Source: Euglena gracilis (taxonomy: Eukaryota). Taken from it: DNA of 64,000 nucleotides. Positions 13,579-26,580 of the stretch are shown piece by piece. The stretch spans positions 35,077,703-35,141,702 of the forward strand of contig CP154954.1 in NCBI GenBank assembly GCA_039621445.1. Reading direction: 5' to 3'. Both the position numbers and the translations under genes were made by a program. Below the pieces are notes generated by a model. That model was given only the letters and a program-made list of their open reading frames with translations, was not told where the DNA came from and ran no database searches. How positions within the stretch are numbered: position 1 is the first letter of the stretch; every line of letters begins with the position of its first letter.

Positions 13579-16500
13579 ATGAGCAGATTTAGAAGGGTGC
13601 ATTCGACCATTCCGGGGGACATTTACCAGGTCAGCCCAGGTTACCATGTAAAAATGGACCAAATTGGGCCTTACTCCGAGTAACCGAATGGGTGTTCCAG
13701 GAGGCCTCCAAAGTCAGGGGACCCGTTGGTTTCATGATTGTCGTGGTTTAATGGTAAGAAAAACATGCAGCCGGAAGGTTGGTTGCAAGAAACGAGCAGA
13801 TTTAGATGGGTGCATTCGACCATTCCGGGGGACATTTACCAGGTCAGCCCAGGTTACCATGTAAAAATGGACCAAATTGGGCCTTACTCCGAGTAACCGA
13901 ATGGGTGTTCCAGGAGGCCTCCAAAGTCAGGGGACCCGTTGGTTTCATGATTGTCGTGGTTTAATGGTAAGAAAAACATGCAGCGGGAATGTTGGTTGCA
14001 AGAAATGAGCAGATTTAGATGGGTGCATTCGACCATTCCGGGGGACATTTACCAGGTCAGCCCAGGTTACCATGTAAAAATGGACCAAATTGGGCCTTAC
14101 TCCGAGTAACCGAATGGGTGTTCCAGGAGGCCTCCAAAGTCAGGGGACCCGTTGGTTTCATGATTGTCGTGGTTTAATGGTAACAAAAAACATGCAGCCG
14201 GAAGGTTGGTTGCAAGAAATGAGCAGATTTAGATGGGTGCATTCGACCATTCCGGGGGACATTTACCAGGTCAGCCCAGGTTACCATGTAAAAATGGACC
14301 AAATTGGGCCTTACTCCGAGTAACCGAATGGGTGTTCCAGGAGGCCTCCAAAGTCAGGGGACCCGTTGGTTTCATGATTGTCGTGGTTTAATGGTAAGAA
14401 AAACATGCAGCGGGAAAGTTGGTTGCAAGAAATGAGCACATTTAGATGGGTGCATTCGACCATTCCGGGGGACATTTACCAGGTCAGCCCAGGTTACCAT
14501 GTAAAAATGGACCAAATTGGGCCTTACTCCGAGTAACCGAATGGGTGTTCCAGGAGGCCTCCAAAGTCAGGGGACCCGTTGGTTTCATGATTGTCGTGGT
14601 TTAATGGTAAGAAAAACATGCAGCCGGAAGGTTGGTTGCAAGAAATGAGCAGATTTAGATGGGTGCATTCGACCATTCCGGGGGACATTTACCAGGTCAG
14701 CCCAGGTTACCATGTAAAAATGGACCAAATTGGGCCTTACTCCGAGTAACCGAATGGGTGTTCCAGGAGGCCTCCAAAGTCAGGGGACCCGTTGGTTTCA
14801 TGATTGTCGTGGTTTAATGGTAAGAAAAACATGCAGCCGGAAGGTTGGTTGCAAGAAATGAGCAGATTTAGATGGGTGCATTCGACCATTCCGGGGGACA
14901 TTTACCAGGTCAGCCCAGGTTACCATGTAAAAATGGACCAAATTGGGCCTTACTCCGAGTAACCGAATGGGTGTTCCAGGAGGCCTCCAAAGTCAGGGGA
15001 CCCGTTGGTTTCATGATTGTCGTGGTTTAATGGTAAGAAAAACATGCAGCGGGAATGGTTGGTTGCAAGAAATGAGCAGATTTAGATGGGTGCATTCGAC
15101 CATTCCGGGGGACATTTACCAGGTCAGCCCAGGTTACCATGTAAAAATGGACCAAATTGGGCCTTACTCCGAGTAACCGAATGGGTGTTCCAGGAGGCCT
15201 CCAAAGTCAGGGGACCCGTTGGTTTCATGATTGTCGTGGTTTAATGGTAAGAAAAACATGCAGCCGGAAGGTTGGTTGCAAGAAATGAGCAGATTTAGAT
15301 GGGTGCATTCGACCATTCCGGGGGACATTTACCAGGTCAGCCCAGGTTACCATGTAAAAATGGACCAAATTGGGCCTTACTCCGAGTAACCGAATGGGTG
15401 TTCCAGGAGGCCTCCAAAGTCAGGGGACCCGTTGGTTTCATGATTGTCGTGGTTTAATGGTAAGAAAAACATGCAGCCGGAAGTTGGTTGCAAGAAATTA
15501 GTATTTAGATGGGTGCATTCGACCATTCCGGGGGACATTTACCAGGTCAGCCCAGGTTACCATGTAAAAATGGACCAAATTGGGCCTTACTCCGAGTTAC
15601 CGAATGGGTGTTCCAGGAGGCCTCCAAAGTCAGGGGACCCGTTGGTTTCATGATTGTCGTGGTTTAATGGTAAGAAAAACATGCAGACGGAAGTTGGTTG
15701 CAAGAAATGAGCAGATTTAGATGGGTGCATTCGACCATTCCGGGGGACATTTACCAGGTCAGCCCAGGTTACCATGTAAAAATGGACCAAATTGGGCCTT
15801 ACTCCGAGTAACCGAATGGGTGTTCCAGGAGGCCTCCAAAGTCAGGGGACCCGTTGGTTTCATGATTGTCGTGGTTTAATGGTAAAAAAAACATGCAGCC
15901 GAAGGTTGGTTGCAAGAAATGAGCAGATTTAGATGGGTGCATTCGACCATTCCGGGGGACATTTACCAGGTCAGCCCAGGTTACCATGTAAAAATGGACC
16001 AAATTGGGCCTTACTCCGAGTAACCGAATGGGTGTTCCAGGAGGCCTCCAAAGTCAGGGGACCCGTTGGTTTCATGATTGTCGTGGTTTAATGGTAAGAA
16101 AAACATGCAGCCGGAAGGTTGGTTGCAAGAAATGAGCAGATTTAGATGGGTGCATTCGACCATTCCGGGGGACATTTACCAGGTCAGCCCAGGTTACCAT
16201 GTAAAAATGGACCAAATTGGGCCTTACTCCGAGTAACCGAATGGGTGTTCCAGGAGGCCTCCAAAGTCAGGGGACCCGTTGGTTTCATGATTGTCGTGGT
16301 TTAATGGAAAGAAAAACATGCATCCGGAAGGTTGGTTGCAAGAAATGAGCAGATTTAGATGGGTGCATTCGACCATTCCGGGGGACATTTACCAGGTCGG
16401 CCTACTCCGAGTTACCGAATGGGTGTTCCAGGAGGCCTCCAAAGTCAGGGGACCCGTTGGTTTCATGATTGTCGTGGTTTAATGGTAAGAAAAACATGCG

Positions 16501-19500
16501 TGAATGTTGGTTGCAAGAAATGAGCAGATTTAGATGGGTGCATTCGACCATTCCGGGGGACATTTACCAGGTCAGCCCAGGTTACCATGTAAAAATGGAC
16601 CAAATTGGGCCTTACTCCGAGTAACCGAATGGGTGTTCCAGGAGGCCTCCAAAGTCAGGGGACCCGTTGGTTTCATGATTGTCGTGGTTTAATGGTAAGA
16701 AAAACATGCAGCGGGAAGGTTGGTTGCAAGAAATGAGCAGATTTAGATGGGTGCATTCGACCATTCCGGGGGACATTTACCAGGTCAGCCCAGGTTACCA
16801 TGTAAAAATGGACCAAATTGGGCCTTACTCCGAGTTACCGAATGGGTGTTCCAGGAGGCCTCCAAAGTCAGGGGACCCGTTGGTTTCATGATTGTCGTGG
16901 TTTAATGGTAAGAAAAACATGCAGCCGGAAGGTTGGTTGCAAGAAATGAGCAGATTTAGATGGGTGCATTCGACCATTCCGGGGGACATTTACCAGGTCA
17001 GCCCAGGTTACCATGTAAAAATGGACCAAATTGGGCCTTACTCCGAGTTACCGAATGGGTGTTCCAGGAGGCCTCCAAAGTCAGGGGACCCGTTGGTTTC
17101 ATGATTGTCGTGGTTTAATGGTAAGAAAAACATGCAGCGGAATGTTGGTTGCAAGAAATGAGCAGATTTAGATGGGTGCATTCGACCATTCCGGGGGACA
17201 TTTACCAGGTCAGCCCAGGTTACCATGTAAAAATGGACCAAATTGGGCCTTACTCCGAGTTACCGAATGGGTGTTCCAGGAGGCCTCCAAAGTCAGGGGA
17301 CCCGTTGGTTTCATGATTGTCGTGGTTTAATGGTAAGAAAAACATGCATCCGGAAGGTTGGTTGCAAGAAATGAGCAGTTTTAGATGGGTGCATTAGACC
17401 ATTCCGGGGGACATTTACCAGGTCGGCCTACTCCGAGAAACCGATTGGTGTTCCAGGAGGCCTCCAAAGTCAGGGGACCCGTTGGTTTCATGATTGTCGT
17501 GGTTTAATGGTAAGAAAAACATGCAGCCGGAATGTTGGTTGCAAGAAATGAGCAGATTTAGATGGGTGCATTCGACCATTCCGGGGGACATTTACCAGGT
17601 CAGCCCAGGTTACCATGTAAAAATGGACCAAATTGGGCCTTACTCCGAGTTACCGAATGGGTGTTCCAGGAGGCCTCCAAAGTCAGGGGACCCGTTGGTT
17701 TCATGATTGTCGTGGTTTAATGGTAAGAAAAACATGCAGCGGGAAGGTTGGTTGCAAGAAATGAGCAGATTTAGATGGGTGCATTCGACCATTCCGGGGG
17801 ACATTTACCAGGTCAGCCCAGGTTACCATGTAAAAATGGACCAAATTGGGCCTTACTCCGAGTAACCGAATGGGTGTTCCAGGAGGCCTCCAAAGTCAGG
17901 GGACCCGTTGGTTTCATGATTGTCGTGGTTTAATGGTAAGAAAAACATGCAGCCGGAAGGTTGGTTGCAAGAAATGAGCAGATTTAGATGGGTGCATTCG
18001 ACCATTCCGGGGGACATTTACCAGGTCAGCCCAGGTTACCATGTAAAAATGGACCAAATTGGGCCTTACTCCGAGTTACCGAATGGGTGTTCCAGGAGGC
18101 CTCCAAAGTCAGGGGACCCGTTGGTTTCATGATTGTCGTGGTTTAATGGTAAGAAAAACATGCAGCGGGAAGGTTGGTTGCAAGAAATGAGCAGATTTAG
18201 ATGGGTGCATTCGACCATTCCGGGGGACATTTACCAGGTCAGCCCAGGTTACCATGTAAAAATGGACCAAATTGGGCCTTACTCCGAGTAACCGAATGGG
18301 TGTTCCAGGAGGCCTCCAAAGTCAGGGGACCCGTTGGTTTCATGATTGTCGTGGTTTAATGGTAAGAAAAACATGCAGCCGGAAGGTTGGTTGCAAGAAA
18401 TGAGCAGTTTTAGATGGGTGCATTCGACCATTCCGGGGGACATTTACCAGGTCGGCCTACTCCGAGAAACCGATTGGTGTTCCAGGAGGCCTCCAAAGTT
18501 AGGGGACCCGTTGGTTTCATGATTGTCGTGGTTTAATGGTAAGAAAAACATGCGTGAATGTTGGTTGCAAGAAATGAGCAGATTTAGATGGGTGCATTCG
18601 ACCATTCCGGGGGACATTTACCAGGTCAGCCCAGGTTACCATGTAAAAATGGACCAAATTGGGCCTTACTCCGAGTTACCGAATGGGTGTTCCAGGAGGC
18701 CTCCAAAGTCAGGGGACCCGTTGGTTTCATGATTGTCGTGGTTTAATGGTAAGAAAAAACATGCAGCCGGAAGGTTGGTTGCAAGAAATGAGCAGATTTA
18801 GATGGGTGCATTCGACCATTCCGGGGGACATTTACCAGGTCAGCCCAGGTTACCATGTAAAAATGGACCAAATTGGGCCTTACTCCGAGTTACCGAATGG
18901 GTGTTCCAGGAGGCCTCCAAAGTCAGGGGACCCGTTGGTTTCATGATTGTCGTGGTTTAATGGTAAGAAAAACATGCAGCGGGAAGGTTGGTTGCAAGAA
19001 ATGAGCAGATTTAGATGGGTGCATTCGACCATTCCGGGGGACATTTACCAGGTCAGCCCAGGTTACCATGTAAAAATGGACCAAATTGGGCCTTACTCCG
19101 AGTAACCGAATGGGTGTTCCAGGAGGCCTCCAAAGTCAGGGGACCCGTTGGTTTCATGATTGTCGTGGTTTAATGGTAAGAAAAACATGCAGCCGGAAGG
19201 TTGGTTGCAAGAAATGAGCAGATTTAGATGGGTGCATTCGACCATTCCGGGGGACATTTACCAGGTCAGCCCAGGTTACCATGTAAAAATGGACCAAATT
19301 GGGCCTTACTCCGAGTTACCGAATGGGTGTTCCAGGAGGCCTCCAAAGTCAGGGGACCCGTTGGTTTCATGATTGTCGTGGTTTAATGGTAAGAAAAACA
19401 TGCAGCGGGAAGGTTGGTTGTAAGAAATGAGCAGATTTAGATGGGTGCATTCGACCATTCCGGGGGACATTTACCAGGTCAGCCCAGGTTACCATGTAAA

Positions 19501-22500
19501 AATGGACCAAATTGGGCCTTACTCCGAGTAACCGAATGGGTGTTCCAGGAGGCCTCCAAAGTCAGGGGACCCGTTGGTTTCATGATTGTCGTGGTTTAAT
19601 GGTAAGAAAAACATGCAGGCGGAAGGTTGGTTGCAAGAAATGAGCAGATTTAGATGGGTGCATTCGACCATTCCGGGGGACATTTACCAGGTCAGCCCAG
19701 GTTACCATGTAAAAATGGACCAAATTGGGCCTTACTCCGAGTTACCGAATGGGTGTTCCAGGAGGCCTCCAAAGTCAGGGGACCCGTTGGTTTCATGATT
19801 GTCGTGGTTTAATGGTAAGAAAAACATGCAGCGGGAAGGTTGGTTGCAAGAAATGAGCAGATTTAGATGGGTGCATTCGACCATTCCGGGGGACATTTAC
19901 CAGGTCAGCCCAGGTTACCATGTAAAAATGGACCAAATTGGGCCTTACTCCGAGTAACCGAATGGGTGTTCCAGGAGGCCTCCAAAGTCAGGGGACCCGT
20001 TGGTTTCATGATTGTCGTGGTTTAATGGTAAGAGAAACATGCAGCCGGAAGGTTCGTTGCAAGAAATGAGCAGATTTAGATGGGTGCATTCGACCATTCC
20101 GGGGGACATTTACCAGGTCAGCCCAGGTTACCATGTAAAAATGGACCAAATTGGGCCTTACTCCGAGTTACCGAATGGGTGTTCCAGGAGGCCTCCAAAG
20201 TCAGGGGACCCGTTGGTTTCATGATTGTCGTGATTTAATAGTAAGAAAAACATGCAGCGGGAACGTTGGTTGCAAGAAATGAGCAGATTTAGATGGGTGC
20301 ATTCGACCATTCCGGGGGACATTTACCAGGTCAGCCCAGGTTACCATGTAAAAATGGACCAAATTGGGCCTTACTCCGAGTTACCGAATGGGTGTTCCAG
20401 GAGGCCTCCAAAGTCAGGGGACCCGTTGGTTTCATGATTGTCGTGGTTTAATGGTAAGAAAAACATGCAGCCGGAAGGTTGGTTGCAAGAAATGAGTTCG
20501 ACCATTCCGGGGGACATTTACCAGGTCAGCCCAGGTTACCATGTAAAAATGGACCAAATTGGGCCTTACTCCGAGTAACCGAATGGGTGTTCCAGGAGGC
20601 CTCCAAAGTCAGGGGACCCGTTGGTTTCATGATTGTCGTGGTTTAAAGGTAAGAAAAACATGCAGCTGAAAGGTTGGTTGCAAGAAATGAGCAGATTTAG
20701 ATGGGTGCATTCGACCATTCCGGGGGACATTTACCAGGTCAGCCCAGGTTACCATGTAAAAATGGACCAAATTGGGCCTTACTCCGAGTTACCGAATGGG
20801 TGTTCCAGGAGGCCTCCAAAGTCAGGGGACCCGTTGGTTTCATGATTGTCGTGGTTTAATGGTAAGAAAAACATGCAGCCGGAAGGTTGGTTGCAAGAAA
20901 TGAGCAGATTTAGATGGGTGCATTCGACCATTCCGGGGGACATTTACCAGGTCAGCCCAGGTTACCATGTAAAAATGGACCAAATTGGGCCTTACTCCGA
21001 GTAACCGAATGGGTGTTCCAGGAGGCCTCCAAAGTCAGGGGACCCGTTGGTTTCATGATTGTCGTGGTTTAATGGTAAGAAAAAACATGCAGCCGGAAGG
21101 TTGGTTGCAAGAAATGAGCAGATTTAGATGGGTGCATTCGACCATTCCGGGGGACATTTACCAGGTCAGCCCAGGTTACCATGTAAAAATGGACCAAATT
21201 GGGCCGTACTCCGAGTTACCGAATGGGTGTTCCAGGAGGCCTCCAAAGTCAGGGGACCCGTTGGTTTCATGATTGTCGTGGTTTAATGGTAAGAAAAACA
21301 TGCAGCCGGAAGGTTGGTTGCAAGAAATGAGCAGATTTAGATGGGTGCATTCGACCATTCCGGGGGACATTTACCAGGTCAGCCCAGGTTACCATGTAAA
21401 AATGGACCAAATTGGGCCTTACTCCGAGTTACCGAATGGGTGTTCCAGGAGGCCTCCAAAGTCAGGGGACCCGTTGGTTTCATGATTGTCGTGGTTTAAT
21501 GGTAAGAAAAAACATGCAGCCGGAATGTCGGTTGCAAGAAATGAGCAGATTTAGATGGGTGCATTCGACCATTCCGGGGGACATTTACCAGGTCAGCCCA
21601 GGTTACCATGTAAAAATGGACCAAATTGGGCCTTACTCCGAGTAACCGAATGGGTGTTCCAGGAGGCCTCCAAAGTCAGGGGACCCGTTGGTTTCATGAT
21701 TGTCGTGGTTTAATGGTAAGAAAAACATGCAGCCGGAAGGTTGGTTGCAAGAAATGAGCAGATTTAGATGGGTGCATTCGACCATTCCGGGGGACATTTA
21801 CCAGGTCAGCCCAGGTTACCATGTAAAAATGGACCAAATTGGGCCTTACTCCGAGTTACCGAATGGGTGTTCCAGGAGGCCTCCAAAGTCAGGGGACCCG
21901 TTGGTTTCATGATTGTCGTGGTTTAATGGTAAGAAAAACATGCAGCGGGAAGGTTGGTTGCAAGAAATGAGCAGATTTAGATGGGTGCATTCGACCATTC
22001 CGGGGGACATTTACCAGGTCAGCCCAGGTTACCATGTAAAAATGGACCAAATTGGGCCTTACTCCGAGTAACCGAATGGGTGTTCCAGGAGGCCTCCAAA
22101 GTCAGGGGACCCGTTGGTTTCATGATTGTCGTGGTTTAATGGTAAGAAAAACATGCAGCCGGAAGGTTGGTTGCAAGAAATGAGCAGATTTAGATGGGTG
22201 CATTCGACCATTCCGGGGGACATTTACCAGGTCAGCCCAGGTTACCATGTAAAAATGGACCAAATTGGGCCTTACTCCGAGTAACCGAATGGGTGTTCCA
22301 GGAGGCCTCCAAAGTCAGGGGACCCGTTGGTTTCATGATCGTCGTGGTTTAATGGTAAGAAAAACATGCAGCCGGAAGGTTGGTTGCAAGAAATGAGCAG
22401 ATTTAGATGGGTGCATTCGACCATTCCGGGGGACATTTACCAGGTCAGCCCAGGTTACCATGTAAAAATGGACCAAATTGGGCCTTACTCCGAGTAACCG

Positions 22501-24412
22501 AATGGGTGTTCCAGGAGGCCTCCAAAGTCAGGGGACCCGTTGGTTTCATGATCGTCGTGGTTTAATGGTAAGAAAAACATGCAGCCGGAAGGTTGGTTGC
22601 AAGAAATGAGCAGATTTAGATGGGTGCATTCGACCATTCCGGGGGACATTTACCAGGTCAGCCCAGGTTACCATGTAAAAATGGACCAAATTGGGCCGTA
22701 CTCCGAGTTACCGAATGGGTGTTCCAGGAGGCCTCCAAAGTCAGGGGACCCGTTGGTTTCATGATTGTCGTGGTTTAATTGTAAGAAAAACATGCAGCCG
22801 GAAGGTTGGTTGCAAGAAATGAGCAGATTTAGATGGGTGCATTCGACCATTCCGGGGGACATTTACCAGGTCAGCCCAGGTTACCATGTAAAAATGGACC
22901 AAATTGGGCCGTACTCCGAGTTACCGAATGGGTGTTCCAGGAGGCCTCCAAAGTCAGGGGACCCGTTGGTTTCATGATTGTCGTGGTTTAATGGTAAGAA
23001 AAACATGCAGCCGGAAGGTTGGTTGCAAGAAATGAGCAGATTTAGATGGGTGCATTCGACCATTCCGGGGAACATTTACCAGGTCAGCCCAGGTTACCAT
23101 GTAAAAATGGACCAAATTGGGCCTTACTCCGAGTAACCGAATGGGTGTTCCAGGAGGCCTCCAAAGTCAGGGGACCCGTTGGTTTCATGATTGTCGTGGT
23201 TTAATGGTAAGAAAAACATGCAGCCGGAAGGTTGGTTGCAAGAAATGAGCAGATTTAGATGGGTGCATTCGACCATTCCGGGGGACATTTACCAGGTCAG
23301 CCCAGGTTACCATGTAAAAATGGACCAAATTGGGCCGTACTCCGAGTTACCGAACGGGTGTTCCAGGAGGCCTCCAAAGTCAGGGGACCCGTTGGTTTCA
23401 TGATTGTCGTGGTTTAAAGGTAAGAAAAACATGCAGCCGGAAGGTTGGTTGCAAGAAATGAGCAGATTTAGATGGGTGCATTCGACCATTCCGGGGGACA
23501 TTTACCAGGTCAGCCCAGGTTACCATGTAAAAATGGACCAAATTGGGCCTTACTCCGAGTTGCCGAATGGGTGTTCCAGGAGGCCTCCAAAGTCCGAGGA
23601 CCCGTTGGTTTCATGATTGTCGTGGTTTAATGGTAAGAAAAACATGCAGCCGGAAGGTTGGTTGCAAGAAATGAGCAGATTTAGATGGGTGCATTCGACC
23701 ATTCCGGGGGACATTTACCAGGTCAGCCCAGGTTACCATGTAAAAATGGACCAAATTGGGCCGTACTCCGAGTTACCGAACGGGTGTTCCAGGAGGCCTC
23801 CAAAGTCAGGGGACCCGTTGGTTTCATGATTGTCGTGGTTTAATGGTAAGAAAACCATGCAGCGGGAAGGTTGGTTGCAAGAAATGAGCAGATTTAGATG
23901 GGTGCATTCAACCTTTCCGGGGGACATTTATTTACCAGGTCAGCCCAGGTTACCATGTAAAAATGGACCAAATTGGGCCTTACTCCGAGTAACCGAATGG
24001 GTGTTCCAGGAGGACTCCAAAGTCAGGGGACCCGTTGGTTTCATGATTGTCGTGGTTTAATGGTAAGAAAAACATGCAGCCGGAAGGTTGGTTGCAAGGA
24101 ATGAGCAGATTTAGAAGGGTGCATTCGACCATTCCGGGGGACATTTACCAGGTCAGCCCAGGTTACCATGTAAAAATGGACCAAATTGGGCCTTACCCCG
24201 AGTAACCGAATGGGTGTTCCAGGAGGCCTCCAAAGTCAGGGGACCCGTTGGTTTCATGATTGTCGTGGTTTAATAGTAAGAAAAACATGCAGCCGGAAGG
24301 TTGGTTGCAAGGAATGAGCAGATTTAGAAGGGTGCATTCGACCATTCCGGGGGACATTTACCAGGTCAGCCCAGGTTACCATGTAAAAATGGACCAAATT
24401 GGGCCTTACTCC
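13579..24412 (-). repeat. 213-bp satellite array, block 2, inverted (~51 monomers)
   Basis: Reverse-complement monomers run from ATGAGCAGATTTAG (13579) to ...GGGCCTTACTCC (24412). Confidence 0.99.
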
Positions 24413-25116
24413 TTTGAGTGCCCATTCTTGGCTTGGACCCAGTGTCTCACTTTTGACTTTTCTTGCATTGAACTTTTCAAAACTTCCAGCACAGCACAAA
24501 CAAAGACAGGACTTCTTGGAGGTTCAATCAGTGACCCACGCAACCAGTGTAAGCATTTTGCTCCCTACAGAACAATTGGCGTTCTTCAATGACTTTGCAA
24601 TCTTGAATTAGGAATTGCAGACTTGGCGAATCCTACACCCCCTTCCTTCAGAACATTCCTTGGAATGTCAATTGGCATTCGCAGGTCAAATTTGCCAAGT
24701 CGAAATTCCAACCTCGCCCTGATCTGCCCGCCCCCCCCCCCATGTGCCCGAATTGTCACCCCCCCTGGGCAGTCATCCCTGGGCCCTGGGGGGGGGCCAA
24801 CAAAAATGTACCCTGGAGGGAATTCGGGCAATCATGAAAAGGGGATCCTGATTTTTGTGCCCAGAATTGGGCAGCCAAAAAAAGGAATTGTGGGCAAAAA
24901 TCTGGGCAAGGCGGAAAATCTTCAGCTCCAAATGTCTTTATCCACTGGTCAGTTATGTGCCCTGCCGTACATCTGTGCCCATGTGGGCAAAACAGAGAAC
25001 CCCCCCCCCTTTTTGCCCTGACCCTTCCCGAACTGGGCAATGACATCCATCTCTTTGATGCCTGCCCTGTTTGAGGGAAATCTGGGCAAATCAAAGGGGG
25101 AAAACCCAAAAGCAAA
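24413..25116. other. 704-bp unique non-satellite spacer between divergent arrays
   Basis: No similarity to either satellite by eye. Begins TTTG and ends CAAA. The right half is rich in TGCCC/GGGCA motifs and C/G homopolymers. No convincing ORF. Confidence 0.9.
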
Positions 25117-26580
25117 GGAGTAAGGCCCAATTTGGTCCATTTTTACATGGTAACCTGGGCTGACCTGGTAAATGTCCCCCGGAATGGTCGAATGCACCCA
25201 TCTAAATCTGCTCATTTCTTGCAACCAACCTTTTATGCTGCATGTTTTTCTTACCATTAAACCACGACAATCATGAAACCAACGGGTCCCCTGACTTTGG
25301 AGGCCTCCTGGAACACCCATTCGGTTACTCGGAGTAAGGCCCAATTTGGTCCATTTTTACATGGTAACCTGGGCTGACCTGGTAAATGTCCCCCGGAATG
25401 GTCGACTGCGCCCATCTAAATGTGCTCATTTCTTGCAACCAACATTCCCGCTGCATGTTTTTTCTACCATTAAACCACGACAATCATGAAACCAACGGGT
25501 CCCCTGACTTTGGAGGCCTCCTGGAACACCCATTCGGCTAGTCAGAGTAAGGCCCAATTTTGGTCCAATTTTACACGGTAACCTGGGCTAACCTGGTAAA
25601 TGTCCCCCGGAATGGTCGAATGCGCCCATCTAAATGTGCTCATTTCTTGCAACCAACATTCCCGCTGCATGTTTTTTCTACCATTAAACCACGACAATCA
25701 TGAAACCAACGGGTCCCCTGACTTTGGAGGCCTCCTGGAACCCCATTCGGTTACTCGGAGTAAGGCCGAATTTTGTCCATTATTACACGGTAACCTGGGC
25801 TAACCTGGTAAATGTCCCCCGGTATGGTCGAATTCACCCATCTAAATGTGCTCATTTCTTGCAACCAACCTTCCGGCTGCATGTTTTTCTTACCATTAAA
25901 CCACGACAATCATGAAACCAACGGGTCCCCTGACTTTGGAGGCCTCCTGGAACGCCCATTCGGTTACTCGGAGTAAGGCCCAATTTGGTCCATTTTTACA
26001 TGGTAACCTGGGCTGAACTTGTAAATGTCCCCCGGAATGGTCGAATGCACCCATCTACTCTGCTCATTTCTTGCAACCAACCTTTCGGCTGCATGTTTTT
26101 CTTACCATTAAATCACGACAATCATGAAACCAACGGGTCCCCTGACTTTGGAGGCCTCCTGGAACCCCATTCGGTTACTCGGAGTAAGGCCCAATTTGGT
26201 CCATTTTTACACGGTAACCTGGGCTAACCTGGTAAATGTCCCCCGGAATGGTCGAATGCACCCATCTAAATGTGCTCATTTCTTGCAACCAACATTCCCG
26301 CTGCATTTTTTTTCTACCATTAAACCACGACAATCATGAAACCAACGGGTCCCCTGACTTTGGAGGCCTCCTGGAACACCCATTCGGTTATTCGGAGTAA
26401 GGCCGAATTTGGTCCATTTTTACATGGTAACCTGGGCTGACCTGGTAAATGTCCCCCGGAATGGTCGAATGCACCCATCTAAATGTGCTCATTTCTTGCA
26501 ACCAACCATGTTGTTCTTACCATTAAACCACGACAATCATGAAAACAACGGGTCTCCTGACTTTGGACACCTCCTGGAAC
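25117..26580 (+). repeat. 213-bp satellite, block 3a (~7 more divergent monomers)
   Basis: Starts GGAGTAAGGCCC at 25117. Carries many private variants (TGCGCCC, GGGCTAACC, GGAACCCC, TACACGG). The last monomer is degenerate. Confidence 0.97.

Noticed and set aside
13400-13800. Inversion as a simple fold-back read chimera
   Set aside because: The arms next to the junction carry different variants (AAATGTGCTC/CATTCCCG on the left, mostly AAATCTGCTC on the right) and break at different monomer positions.
24548-24570. GTAAGCATTTTGCTC resembling a dinoflagellate spliced-leader relic
   Set aside because: It needs several gaps over ~16 nt, which is compatible with chance.
24586-25130. Short ORFs in the unique spacer as a transposase or other gene
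   Set aside because: Short and overlapping, with no recognisable motif. A small exon cannot be excluded without a database search.
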